A DNA stretch of 64,000 nucleotides from a virus (lineage: Duplodnaviria > Caudoviricetes), in IMG/VR virus record IMGVR_UViG_2595698868_000001, positions 160,001 through 224,000 of that record; one strand, written 5' to 3'. Position numbers and translations under genes: made by a program. Below the pieces are notes generated by a model. The model was not told the DNA's origin and did not search any database. It was given only the letters and a program-made list of their open reading frames with translations. Positions 19,084-28,400 of the stretch are shown piece by piece. The number at the start of each line of letters is the position of its first letter. The first letter of the stretch is position 1.

Positions 19084-19111
19084 GTCTCCTGACGATCAGA
19101 GGAGACTAGAC

Positions 19112-20587
19112 ATGTTCGCCGAAGCCATGACCGACGACAGCTACCTTGCCGCCCTGGAAGCCGATGCGCAAGACCAGGGCGCGCGCGTCGATGAAGCCGA
19201 ATGGGCCGCCGGCCTGATCGAAGACGTCGACCGTGAGGAGTGGGTCTGGAAGAATCCGCGCATCGGCGAGCGTCTCGACCTCGAAAGCGGTCGGCAGGTC
19301 TACACGATCCTGTGTGATGATGGTCAGGAGGAGGAGATCAAGGCCCTCATCCTGAAGCTCAACAAAAAGCTGAAGAAGTGGGACCAGACGATCAATATCC
19401 TCGCCGAGGATGAGGTCATCAAGGAACACTGGCTGCGGGGCCACCACGTGGGGGCCGAGGTCACGGACGCTGAACGCTCTTCTGACCAGAAGATGAAGTT
19501 CGATTACAACATCAACAGCATCGCCTATCGCGGCAAGGTCCGTCAGGTGCTGTTGACGATCGACAGCCCCGCCGTGGCGGGCAAGAAGACCAAGGTGATC
19601 GGGTCGTTCGAACTGGCTGAGGATGGCGTCGAGGTCTATCGCCACGCCCTGAACGGCGCGTCCCAGGCCGATATCGAGCCCTTCATCAGCCGGTGGCGCG
19701 ATTGCGATCACTGTGGCTATGTGCGTAATCGACGCGCTTCGTTCGTCTGCGAAGACGCCGAGGGCAATCGCTCGATCATCGGCCGACAGTGCTCGCGTGA
19801 CTTCCTGGGCCTGGATGCGGCCGAACTCCTGGCCCGTGAAGCGATCCGGAAAGTCCTGTCGAACGGTGGTGAAGAGGATGAGGACCGCGTCGGTGGAGGC
19901 GGCCCGGTCTACATTCACGTCGAGACCCTGGTGCAGCGCGCCTATCTGGTGGCGAAGCGCATGGGCGGTTACTCCAAGGACCAGCGCGACACTTTCCTGG
20001 ACCACCTCGCGGCGCTGGAAGGCGCGCGGGACTACGGCCGCAGCGACCACTACGCGACCCTGCGGGCCGAGTACAAGGAATGGGTGGCGAAGGCCAAGCC
20101 GGAACCGCTGAATTTCATGAAGTTCGCCGACTACGTATTTTCAGCGTCGGGCGACTTCGGCCATAACCTGCAAATCGCGTTCTCGTTGGAGTGGGCCAAG
20201 CAGAAACGCCGGACCCTTCTGGCCGCCGGCGTCGGCCTCTATATCGGCCGACTGCTGAAGCTGGAGAAGGAAAAGGCGGCGCAGGATCGTTTGCCGGCGA
20301 AGCATCTCGACGCGGTCGAAGGCAAGCGCGTCGACTTCAACGGCACGGTGGAGCGCACCATTCCCTTGTCCTCGGACTACGGCCTCAAGACCCTGGTGTC
20401 GATCGTCTGTCCGGATGGCTCGCGCTGCGTTCATTTCTGCACCAGCCATGTCGTTCCCGAGGCCGGCAAGACCTACGCGATCCGTGCGACCGTGAAGGAA
20501 CACAAGACCAACAAGCGCTTCGGTACGCCGGAAACGGTGATCTCCCGCGCTATCTACGAAATCGCAAATCAACCCGCACTACTGTAA
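19112..20587 (+). CDS. phage protein with CxxC/Zn motif and C-terminal OB-fold-like domain
   Basis: CDHC..RNR..IGRQC; C-terminal GKRVDF..SDYG..IRATVKEH..TVISR. Confidence 0.8.
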   Translation: MFAEAMTDDSYLAALEADAQDQGARVDEAEWAAGLIEDVDREEWVWKNPRIGERLDLESGRQVYTILCDDGQEEEIKALILKLNKKLKKWDQTINILAEDEVIKEHWLRGHHVGAEVTDAERSSDQKMKFDYNINSIAYRGKVRQVLLTIDSPAVAGKKTKVIGSFELAEDGVEVYRHALNGASQADIEPFISRWRDCDHCGYVRNRRASFVCEDAEGNRSIIGRQCSRDFLGLDAAELLAREAIRKVLSNGGEEDEDRVGGGGPVYIHVETLVQRAYLVAKRMGGYSKDQRDTFLDHLAALEGARDYGRSDHYATLRAEYKEWVAKAKPEPLNFMKFADYVFSASGDFGHNLQIAFSLEWAKQKRRTLLAAGVGLYIGRLLKLEKEKAAQDRLPAKHLDAVEGKRVDFNGTVERTIPLSSDYGLKTLVSIVCPDGSRCVHFCTSHVVPEAGKTYAIRATVKEHKTNKRFGTPETVISRAIYEIANQPALL

Positions 20588-20600
20588 GGAGAACGCGTAC

Positions 20601-20948
20601 ATGCCCCGACCCAGGACCATCGATCCGCAGGAGGTCGTCACCAAGATGCGTGACGGCACGTTCGCCTATGCGGCCGAGGCGGCGCGCTACTTCAAGTGCT
20701 CGCGGGTGCGTATCCAGCAAATTCTGGACGAACACGCGCCCGACCTCCGCGCCGGCAAGGTATCCAGCACGCTGGCTACGCCGAAGGAGCGCAAGGCGCG
20801 CGAAGCCGCTCTCCGCAAGGAGACCCAGGCGGCGCTGAAGTCGACCAAGTCGATCAACGAGGCCGCCGCCGCCCTGAAGCTGACTCGCTCGGGCCTCTAC
20901 AGCCGTATGCGACGTCTCGGCATCGAATACGGTCGCCAGCCTGCTTGA
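20601..20948 (+). CDS. double HTH DNA-binding protein (Fis-like C-terminus)
   Basis: YAAEAARYFKCSRVRIQQIL; SINEAAAALKLTRSGLYSRMRRLGI. Confidence 0.75.
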   Translation: MPRPRTIDPQEVVTKMRDGTFAYAAEAARYFKCSRVRIQQILDEHAPDLRAGKVSSTLATPKERKAREAALRKETQAALKSTKSINEAAAALKLTRSGLYSRMRRLGIEYGRQPA

Positions 20949-20974
20949 CACCATTGTGCCAGTTTGGTTAACAC
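20945..20974 (+). promoter_or_regulatory. promoter containing 17-bp operator (20957-20973)
   Basis: TTGACA overlapping upstream TGA; TGCCAGTTTGGTTAACA across spacer and -10. Confidence 0.65.
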
Positions 20975-21001
20975 TCGGGGCCTCACAGCCCCGAGTGATT
21001 C

Positions 21002-22228
21002 ATGTACGATCAGCTTCTCCGCCTCTTCCAAGGCAACCCGATTCTAGCCGGCGGCGCCGGCATGGCAATCATCGGCTGGCTCCTCGTGCAGGCGCGGACC
21101 GTACCCGTCAAAGTCTTCCGACTGATCCGCGATCAGTTCGTGACGACCATGACGGTCTACACCGAAGACGTGATCTTCCGCCGCTTGGATTACTGGCTGA
21201 GCCGTCACCCCAGCACGGAGCACTCGCGTCGTTTTGGGGTTACGCATTGGCACAATCGTCGTACCGATGCGGATGACTTCCTCCTGACCCCCGGTTCGGG
21301 CTCGCACTTGATCAAAGAAGTCGGCCGCTACTTCCTGGTCCACCGCCACGTCGAGGATAAGACGACCCAGGAAGACTTCGCCAAGATTCGTCGCCAGACG
21401 ATCACGATCGCGACCTACGGCCGATCCACCGCACCTCTGAAGAACTTGATTTCCAAGGTGCAGCACATCGACGAAGACCGCACGGCCATTCCGATTTTGA
21501 ACTGGCAGGGCCACGGCTTTGCCCGAGTTGAGCGCCGCACCAAGCGTCCGCTAGACACGGTCTACATCAACGCTGCGATCAAGCAGCATATCATCGACGA
21601 CCTGACGAAGTTCTTTGCGCAGCGCGCCGACTATCATGCACGAGGCATCCCCTACCGCCGGGGGTACATGTTGGAAGGTCCGCCCGGAACCGGTAAGTCG
21701 ACGCTGATCTTCGTTCTCGCCTGCCTGTTCGATCGTCCGGTCTACATCATCAATTTGGCGAGCATCAGCAACGATTCTGAACTGCTGCGCGCCATCAACG
21801 AAGCTGGCCGCAACTTCGTCGTCATCGAAGATATCGACGCGATCAAGGTCGCCGAAGAGCGCGAGGGCAAGGACTCCAGCTTGGAAGTGCGCGTCGGTGA
21901 TGCGTCTCGACAAGGCATCACGACTTCGGGCTTGCTGAACGCCATCGACGGGATCGCCTCGGCCGAGGGCCGAGTGCTCTTCATCACCTCGAACCGGCCG
22001 GATGTGCTGGATTCTGCCCTCATCCGTCCTGGCCGCATCGACGTGCGCTATCGCATCGACTATGCCAAGATGCCCGAGGCCCTGGCGATGTACCGCAAGT
22101 TCTTTCCGGAGGCCTCTGCCGAGGCGCAGGCGGCGTTCGCGAAGGAAATCGCGCCGCTGCTTCCGATTTCGCCGGCCGCGCTTCAAAATCGCCTGTTGGG
22201 CGAGTCCATGGAAGTGGTGATGTCGTGA
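21002..22228 (+). CDS. BCS1-like membrane-anchored AAA+ ATPase
   Basis: N-terminal TM; KRPLDTV, GIPYRRGYMLEGPPGTGKS, VIEDID, SGLLNAIDG, LDSALIRPGRID. Confidence 0.88.
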   Translation: MYDQLLRLFQGNPILAGGAGMAIIGWLLVQARTVPVKVFRLIRDQFVTTMTVYTEDVIFRRLDYWLSRHPSTEHSRRFGVTHWHNRRTDADDFLLTPGSGSHLIKEVGRYFLVHRHVEDKTTQEDFAKIRRQTITIATYGRSTAPLKNLISKVQHIDEDRTAIPILNWQGHGFARVERRTKRPLDTVYINAAIKQHIIDDLTKFFAQRADYHARGIPYRRGYMLEGPPGTGKSTLIFVLACLFDRPVYIINLASISNDSELLRAINEAGRNFVVIEDIDAIKVAEEREGKDSSLEVRVGDASRQGITTSGLLNAIDGIASAEGRVLFITSNRPDVLDSALIRPGRIDVRYRIDYAKMPEALAMYRKFFPEASAEAQAAFAKEIAPLLPISPAALQNRLLGESMEVVMS

Positions 22229-22229
22229 G

Positions 22230-22273
22230 TTGACAGCCGACATTCGGGCTGCTTAGTGTCAACCTAACTGGCA
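22230..22273 (+). promoter_or_regulatory. class A promoter with 17-bp operator (22257-22273)
   Basis: GAG-TTGACAGCCG..CTTAGT; TGTCAACCTAACTGGCA. Confidence 0.72.
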
Positions 22274-22286
22274 AGCGGAACCATTC

Positions 22287-22694
22287 ATGCCACTCTCCGA
22301 AGACGAAGCCCTCCTCCTCCGCGACGGTGATATCGTGCTCGTGCCTATCAAGGTGGTGCGCTCGAACAATCACTTTGATCGCGATGGCGTCTCGCTTCGA
22401 GTTCAGTCCCCGCAGATTCTTCACGGCCGGGATGAGATCGAGAAGGGGCAGCCGGAATTCAGCATCAAATCCTCGCAGGTCCACAGCATTGCTGTGATGC
22501 CCCTGCGCCTGAAGGATCACGTGAAGTGGGATGCGTCCGGTCCGGGCGCCGATTACATGCCGGAGACCGGCGTGGTCGTCCACATCGATGGCGACGACAT
22601 CACCGTGAAGCAGGACAAGGAACGCACGCCGCGAAACCGAGTGATCCTCCGCAGTGCCCTCACCCGTTACAACCCTAAGCCCAAAGAGGCCTGA
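22287..22694 (+). CDS. hypothetical protein
   Basis: ORF after promoter. Confidence 0.7.
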   Translation: MPLSEDEALLLRDGDIVLVPIKVVRSNNHFDRDGVSLRVQSPQILHGRDEIEKGQPEFSIKSSQVHSIAVMPLRLKDHVKWDASGPGADYMPETGVVVHIDGDDITVKQDKERTPRNRVILRSALTRYNPKPKEA

Positions 22695-23278
22695 TGACCT
22701 CCCCGCAATCCTCGACGCACCGCGTCATTCGTATCCTCAGCCGCGTGATCTTTGAGACTCGGTGGCTGCTGGTCCCGATCTATCTGGCGATGATCATCGC
22801 CATCGCGGCCTATGTGATCCTGTTCACGAAGCAGGCCATCGATATGGGCCTGGGCGTATGGCATTGGGATGCGGAGCACTTGCTGCTCGCCTCCCTCGCG
22901 CTCGTCGACATGTCGATGGTCGCCAACCTGATCGTCATGATCCTGGCCGGCGGTTTCTCAACCTTCGTCGCCGAGTTCGATCAGAGTCTGTTCCCGAATC
23001 GCCCGCGCTGGATGAACGGACTCGACAGCACCACGCTGAAGATTCAGATGGGTAAGTCGCTCATCGGCGTCACGTCGGTTCACCTTCTCCAGACGTTCAT
23101 GCGCCTGCATGACATTCTGAAGGAAGAGAACGGCAAGTTCCTCGTCGCTACCGAGATCATCATCCACATGGTCTTCATCATCACGACGGTCGCCTACTGC
23201 TACATCTCCAAGCTCACCCACGGCCACAAGGTCGCGCCGGCAGCCCTGCCGACGCCGGCCTCTGCGGAAGGACACTAA
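22694..23278 (+). CDS. YqhA / UPF0114 membrane protein
   Basis: RWLLVPIYL, LVDMSMVANLIVM..GG..FV, LKI...SVHLL..FM. Confidence 0.85.
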   Translation: MTSPQSSTHRVIRILSRVIFETRWLLVPIYLAMIIAIAAYVILFTKQAIDMGLGVWHWDAEHLLLASLALVDMSMVANLIVMILAGGFSTFVAEFDQSLFPNRPRWMNGLDSTTLKIQMGKSLIGVTSVHLLQTFMRLHDILKEENGKFLVATEIIIHMVFIITTVAYCYISKLTHGHKVAPAALPTPASAEGH

Positions 23279-23280
23279 AC

Positions 23281-23793
23281 ATGAAGCTCCTGCGAGCTAT
23301 CCTCCTCGGCGCGACCGCCGGCCTGCTGGTCGCCGGCCCGCTCGCCCTCTCGGGCTGTACGGACCCCGTCGCCCGTCACCACGTCGTGCGTGGCAAGCAC
23401 AAGGTCCACAAGCTCTCAGACGGCCGCTATGCCTTCCAAGGCGACAACGGCGTCTGGTACTGGTACATCTACAGCGCCAACAACTCGGCGCGGCTGGAAG
23501 ACGGCACGCTCGCCATGCCGGGCGCCTGGACCGCCGGCGGCGAGCCTGACGCCAGCGACCTCGCGGCTGGGTTCGACTTCGACTTCGACATCCCGACCCT
23601 GGACGGCGGAGCCCCGATCTCCGAATCGCAAGCGGCTTCGATCGAGAGCGGCGCCGCTGAAGCGACGTCGGAAGCTGGCGGCGGTATGTCGGACACTTCG
23701 TCGGGTCCCTCGGACTCGTCCCCGTCGGTCGACTCCAGCGTCGATTCGGGCGGCGGCGGCGACTCCGGTGGTGGCGGGGGCGACGGAGGCTGA
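23281..23793 (+). CDS. putative lipoprotein with Ser/Gly/Asp-rich tail
   Basis: LSGC lipobox; DSGGGGDSGGGGGDGG end. Confidence 0.75.
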   Translation: MKLLRAILLGATAGLLVAGPLALSGCTDPVARHHVVRGKHKVHKLSDGRYAFQGDNGVWYWYIYSANNSARLEDGTLAMPGAWTAGGEPDASDLAAGFDFDFDIPTLDGGAPISESQAASIESGAAEATSEAGGGMSDTSSGPSDSSPSVDSSVDSGGGGDSGGGGGDGG

Positions 23794-23795
23794 TC

Positions 23796-24356
23796 ATGGG
23801 TCAGTACATCTGGCATGATCTGCCGCTCGACGAGCGGCTTAGCAAGCCCAAGATCGATGATCGCCCTGGAGCCCGGTTGAAGGCGGAGGATGCCCGAGGG
23901 CTCCTTCATTTCCCGGACCGTCTTGGCGATCTCCTGACCCTCAAGAGCTGCCTCGCCGGCGCCAAGATCGTTTTCAGTGGAAACGGTTATGCGCCGTCGG
24001 TGACGGCCTGGGGCTGGACACCGCGCGACCAAGAGGTCATCGAAGACTACGTCAAGCGTCGCGTCGAGAAGCACATGAGCAGTCTGACCGAACGTCAGGG
24101 CCTCGTACTCCTCGCTGTACGTAATGACGGCAGCGTCGATGTTGCGACCTGGGGCAAGTCGTCCCAGGACTGCAAGGTGCTCGGTGACCTTGGCAGCAAG
24201 GAATTGGGCGCACTGCCGTCGTGTCCTTTCCAGACTTGGTGGGGCTGGGGCAATGGAGGCGTGCCCAAGCGTTTCCCTGCGCAGACCCTCAAGACGCTGT
24301 CGGAGAACGCCCAGGCCTACGTCAAGAAGAACACGCATCCTGGCGCGGTAGGCTGA
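23796..24356 (+). CDS. hypothetical protein
   Basis: GGAGG RBS, tiled ORF. Confidence 0.7.
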   Translation: MGQYIWHDLPLDERLSKPKIDDRPGARLKAEDARGLLHFPDRLGDLLTLKSCLAGAKIVFSGNGYAPSVTAWGWTPRDQEVIEDYVKRRVEKHMSSLTERQGLVLLAVRNDGSVDVATWGKSSQDCKVLGDLGSKELGALPSCPFQTWWGWGNGGVPKRFPAQTLKTLSENAQAYVKKNTHPGAVG

Positions 24357-24718
24357 TGGAGGGTACCTCCTACTGTTGCCCAGACTGTGGTGAGGGTTTT
24401 CCCAGCCGCTACAGTCTGGGCCAGCATATGAAGGCAGCGCATCCGGTCGTGCCTCAGGTCTTGAACATCCGCGACTACCCTGATGGCCTGCCGCCTAACT
24501 CGACTTATGTCGGGCGGGGCACGTTCGCTGGAAATCCCTATCGCATTGGAATCGATGGGACGCGAGATGAGGTCATCAACCATTATGAGGACACGCGCGA
24601 ACTGGATGAAGCCTTCGTAGCCAGGGTGCGCAAAGAACTGCGCGGCCGGCATCTCGTATGTCACTGCGCGCCAGAGCGATGTCATGCCGACTGGCTGCTC
24701 AGGATCGCCAACAGCTAA
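24356..24718 (+). CDS. DUF4326 protein with N-terminal C2H2 zinc finger
   Basis: CPDC..F..L.QHMKAAH; YVGRG..GNPY, LRGRHLVCHCAPERCHAD. Confidence 0.8.
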   Translation: MEGTSYCCPDCGEGFPSRYSLGQHMKAAHPVVPQVLNIRDYPDGLPPNSTYVGRGTFAGNPYRIGIDGTRDEVINHYEDTRELDEAFVARVRKELRGRHLVCHCAPERCHADWLLRIANS

Positions 24719-24744
24719 GCCCTTGCTTTCGCGAGAAATCATCG

Positions 24745-24796
24745 TTATCCATGTGGCGAGTTTGGGGCCAGATTAGGGCTTCATTAACCATGTGGC
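24745..24796 (+). promoter_or_regulatory. CtrA-like box / direct repeat upstream of hfa-like operon
   Basis: TTAG-N7-TTAACCAT at 24773-24791; TTA(T/A)CCATGTGGC repeated at 24745 and 24784. Confidence 0.5.
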
Positions 24797-24901
24797 TGAA
24801 AAATAACGATAAATCTTGAACCCGAAAGTTGACAAACGCCGTAATCTCGAAGATGAAGGCGTCAAGTTCAACTTCAAACGCGAAAGGGGAGTCCTCACCA
24901 C

Positions 24902-25393
24902 ATGAAGCTCAAGATCATCGCCATGGCCGGCATGCTCGCTGGCGTCGCTATCGCCGGCGCGGCCTGTGCCCAAGCGGTCGGGGAGGACTCCACCTGGAAA
25001 TTCCGCACCCCGTCCGAGAACGTCATCCTCCAGCAGAACCTGGACAAGATCGACCTCCAGAAGGCCGGCTACTACGACAAGCTGAAGAACGGCGCCTATG
25101 GCCTGGGCGGCAGCGCCGGCGCGGCCGGCGGGCTGCTCGGAGGCGGAGCCTCGACCATCAGCAACTACTACTCGATCACGAACCAGACCACGAACAACTG
25201 CTCGTCGTCTGGTTCGGTCGGTTCGCCGATCTCCTGCGGCTCGGGCTCGATCACGAGCAGCGGCGTCTCGCAGTCGACGGTCGGCTCGTCCCTGGACTCC
25301 AACACCGCGCTGACGGGCAACACCGTCACCAGTACGGGGAACAAGACCCAGGTCGGCGGCACCATCAACAACAATCAGCAGCCGCAGCAGTAG
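24902..25393 (+). CDS. secreted G/S/N/T-rich protein, HfaA/curlin-like
   Basis: signal peptide; low-complexity polar beta-prone C-terminus; first gene before HfaB/CsgG homolog. Confidence 0.6.
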   Translation: MKLKIIAMAGMLAGVAIAGAACAQAVGEDSTWKFRTPSENVILQQNLDKIDLQKAGYYDKLKNGAYGLGGSAGAAGGLLGGGASTISNYYSITNQTTNNCSSSGSVGSPISCGSGSITSSGVSQSTVGSSLDSNTALTGNTVTSTGNKTQVGGTINNNQQPQQ

Positions 25394-25402
25394 GGGGCGA
25401 AC

Positions 25403-26248
25403 TTGAACCGCAAGGTCTACATCCGCGCCGCCCTCGCGGTGGCGCTGCTGGCTTCGGCCGCCGCTATGCCGGCCCAAGCCGCTTCCAAGAAGAAGCCGAT
25501 CGCCACGAACCTCGGCAGCACGCCGACGGTCAACGCCGATCCGCTGGCCGCAGGCTTTGCCTGCACGAGCCAACTCACGGCCCAGGCTGCGCATCCGCTG
25601 CGTATCGCCGTCGGCAAGGTCGGTGACTTCACCGGCAAATTCTCGAACGAAGCCTCCGAAGGCGGCTTCCGCGTGACGCAGGGCGGCGCCCTGATGATCT
25701 CCAGCGCCCTGGGCAAGCTGGCCAACGTCGACCAAGTCGAGCGTCTGGACACGCAGGTCGCCGACATCGACACGCTGCTGGCGAAGTCTCAACTGCTTCG
25801 CGACGGTGACGCCCTGCGCGGCCTGACCGCCGGCCAGTATGACGGCTCCGACTACTACATCATCGGCGGCATCACCGAGGTGAACTACAACATCCGCTCG
25901 GGCGGCGGCAAGGTCGGCGTCTCGAACATCTACGGCGGCAAGCGTACGTACACGATGAACGTCGCGGCCGATCTGAAGATCGTCGAAACCAAGTCGCTGA
26001 AGGTCGTCAAGACCATCAGCGTCCAGAAGCAAATCACGGGCTACGAGAACACGTTCGGCCTGTTCACCTTCAAGGGCGACTACCTCTTCGACCTGGACTT
26101 CGGGTCGAAGGGGCAGGAGCCGCTCCAACTCGGGGTTCGCTCCGTCCTGGAGTACGGTACCCTGGAACTCGTCTCGGCGGTGGCTCCGAATCGTGACTAC
26201 TATGTCGCGACGTGCCGCCCCTACGCCGAGGCGATGTTCGGGAAGTAA
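25403..26248 (+). CDS. HfaB/CsgG-family secretion/anchor protein
   Basis: IAVGKVGDFTGK, GFRVTQGGALMISSAL, VERLD, IIGGITEVNYNIRSGG, MNVAADL, SVQKQITGYE, QEPLQLGVR. Confidence 0.88.
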   Translation: MNRKVYIRAALAVALLASAAAMPAQAASKKKPIATNLGSTPTVNADPLAAGFACTSQLTAQAAHPLRIAVGKVGDFTGKFSNEASEGGFRVTQGGALMISSALGKLANVDQVERLDTQVADIDTLLAKSQLLRDGDALRGLTAGQYDGSDYYIIGGITEVNYNIRSGGGKVGVSNIYGGKRTYTMNVAADLKIVETKSLKVVKTISVQKQITGYENTFGLFTFKGDYLFDLDFGSKGQEPLQLGVRSVLEYGTLELVSAVAPNRDYYVATCRPYAEAMFGK

Positions 26249-26336
26249 AGGGGAGGGGCAACCCAACCTGACAGCGTTTGGTGCGGACGCTGGTTTCTCC
26301 CCGCACTTTTCCCTGAAACAAACGACGAAGGACCCT

Positions 26337-27266
26337 ATGCGCAAGCTCATCCTCGCTTCCGCCGCCCTGGCGGCCCTCTTCGCGGCGCCCGCCGCGTTTG
26401 CCGGCAACATCACGACCGGCGTGAATGGCTTCAACCAGAACAACACCACCCCGCAACTGTCGGGGACCCTGCTGACCAACATCAAGGTCGGCGACAAGAT
26501 CGACGCCTCGGCCGCCGCTGTCGGCAACAACCTGAGCCTCGAAGCCAACGGCAACATCACGATCTCGGCCGGCAACCTGGACCAGCAGAACAGCGGCCTG
26601 CAAGTCGGCGCCCTGATCGTGAACGACTCGAAGCTGAACAAGGGCTCGCTGGAAGCCAAGGCCATCGGCAACTCGATCTCCCTGAAGGCCGGCGGCACCG
26701 TCGACGGCGGCAACAACGGCATCGAGCAGATCAACAGCGGCCCGCAGATCGGCGCCCTGGTCGTGAACGACGTGAAGGCCTCGGGCAACATCGACGCTTC
26801 GGCCGTGGCCGTCGGCAACGCTGTCTCGGTCAATGCCGGCACCGACTTCTCGGTCTACGGTGGTGGCTTCGATCGTCAGACCAACTCGGCCCTGCAAGTC
26901 GGCGTCGCGCTGGTGAACGACTCGAAGTTCGGCGGCAAGCTGGACGTCCTGGCCCAAGCCGTCGGCAACAGCCTGTCGACCGACACCTCGTCCACGACCC
27001 TGCAATGGTCGCAGCGCAACACCGCGCCGCAGTTCGCCCTGGCCGCCATCACCGACGTCAAGGCCTCGGGCAACACCTCGATCTCGTCCGTCGCCGCCGG
27101 CAACCTGATCAACGTCTCGACCAACAACATCGGCCAGACCGCGATCTTCCAGACCAACTTCGCGCCGCAAGTCGCCGCCACGTACATCGCCGGCAGCAAC
27201 TTCTCGGCCGACCTGACCGCCGGCTCGACCGCGATCGGCAACTCGGTCAGCGTCAAGGCCCACTAA
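26337..27266 (+). CDS. HfaD-like secreted repeat protein (amyloid/beta-solenoid-prone)
   Basis: signal peptide; about six repeats of QxNxxxQ(V/I)xA ... A(V/I)GN(S/N)xS. Confidence 0.72.
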   Translation: MRKLILASAALAALFAAPAAFAGNITTGVNGFNQNNTTPQLSGTLLTNIKVGDKIDASAAAVGNNLSLEANGNITISAGNLDQQNSGLQVGALIVNDSKLNKGSLEAKAIGNSISLKAGGTVDGGNNGIEQINSGPQIGALVVNDVKASGNIDASAVAVGNAVSVNAGTDFSVYGGGFDRQTNSALQVGVALVNDSKFGGKLDVLAQAVGNSLSTDTSSTTLQWSQRNTAPQFALAAITDVKASGNTSISSVAAGNLINVSTNNIGQTAIFQTNFAPQVAATYIAGSNFSADLTAGSTAIGNSVSVKAH

Positions 27267-27300
27267 GCCTTCGATCTGAACTGAGATACTGGACTACGGA

Positions 27301-27330
27301 AAGCCCGGCGCGAGCGCCGGGCTTTTCTTT
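27301..27330 (+). terminator. intrinsic terminator of hfa-like operon
   Basis: AAGCCCGGCGC-GA-GCGCCGGGCTT followed by TTCTTT. Confidence 0.9.
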
Positions 27331-27346
27331 CGGCTGACACCGAGTG

Positions 27347-27376
27347 TTGACAGCCGGCGCCGGGGCAGTCTAAAAC
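27347..27376 (+). promoter_or_regulatory. class A promoter
   Basis: TTGACAGCCGGCGC..TCTAAAAC. Confidence 0.78.
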
Positions 27377-27402
27377 CGACATCTGATCTGACAGGAGACC
27401 TC

Positions 27403-28086
27403 GTGACCAAGAAGAGCCGATACATCGCTCCGACGCTTGCCAAGGACGTGCTCGAAAACAGCCGTTTCTTCGGCTCGGACTCGGTCTTCAATGGTAAGCT
27501 CTTCGAAGGCGACGAGCGCCTCGTGGTCATCGTTGGCGAGAATGCGTCGGGCAAGAGCCTGCTCTTCCGTTCAATGGCGGCCTGGGTCAAGAAGGACTAT
27601 AAAGTCACCGGTATCACGATCTCGATTCGAGAGCGCACGGACAGTACGGTCCCGTTCCGCCGCTCGTTCATGTTCGGCGAAGAGTCCGAGAAGTCGACCG
27701 GCGCCAATTCCTTCCAAGTGATCGAGGCTGGACTCAGAAATGCCGAGGGCGGCGGCCACGGTCAGACCCTACTGATGCTGGATGAGCCGGAGATCGGCCT
27801 GTCCGACGGCTACGCGCGAGCGCTCGGTGAGTACCTGGGCCAACGCGCCTTGACCCTAACCGACGCCTGTCAAGGCCTAGTGGTTGTGACCCATAGCCAC
27901 AGTCTCGTACGAGGTGCTGTGGAAGGCCTCAAGACGGCCCCGACCTTCGTTCACGTGGGCAGCCAGCCGAAGCCTTTGGACGAATGGCTCGGGACCACTG
28001 AATACCGCACTGTCGAAGACCTCTCGAAACTCGGCGATCTCGCCCTGGAGCGCTGGCGTGCGATCCAGAAACTCATGAAAGACTGA
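27403..28086 (+). CDS. stand-alone ABC-type ATPase
   Basis: Walker A GENASGKS, Walker B LMLDEPE, H-loop VVVTHS. Confidence 0.82.
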   Translation: MTKKSRYIAPTLAKDVLENSRFFGSDSVFNGKLFEGDERLVVIVGENASGKSLLFRSMAAWVKKDYKVTGITISIRERTDSTVPFRRSFMFGEESEKSTGANSFQVIEAGLRNAEGGGHGQTLLMLDEPEIGLSDGYARALGEYLGQRALTLTDACQGLVVVTHSHSLVRGAVEGLKTAPTFVHVGSQPKPLDEWLGTTEYRTVEDLSKLGDLALERWRAIQKLMKD

Positions 28087-28088
28087 CC

Positions 28089-28400
28089 ATGAAGCGCCTG
28101 TTCCTAGCGGCTGCGGCCGTCCTGTCCTTGACAGCCTGCACCAAGGGCGACCTGCTCGTTTCCAATCAGGAGGCAGTAGCCGCCGTGCGCCTGTTCGGTG
28201 TCAAGGACGTCGTGCTCGAACGGCCGGAGTTCAATTGCGATGCCTACGGCGATCAGCCGCGCGTCTCGCCGACACCAGGGGCCTCGTACCTTCAGAACGG
28301 CTACTTCTTCCGTGGCACCCAGAATGGCAAGCCCGTGAAGGGCGCAGTCTGCGTAGGCTACGGCCGCACGCCACGTGTCCAGATCAACGGCATCCAATGA
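28089..28400 (+). CDS. putative lipoprotein
   Basis: LTAC lipobox. Confidence 0.72.
   Translation: MKRLFLAAAAVLSLTACTKGDLLVSNQEAVAAVRLFGVKDVVLERPEFNCDAYGDQPRVSPTPGASYLQNGYFFRGTQNGKPVKGAVCVGYGRTPRVQINGIQ

Noticed and set aside
24745-24753. Possible DnaA box TTATCCATG / replication origin
   Set aside because: Two mismatches to TTATCCACA and no cluster of boxes; better read as part of the promoter direct repeat.
24773-27263. 689-aa and 397-aa minus-strand ORFs over the hfa-like operon
   Set aside because: Shadow frames of strongly biased plus-strand genes.
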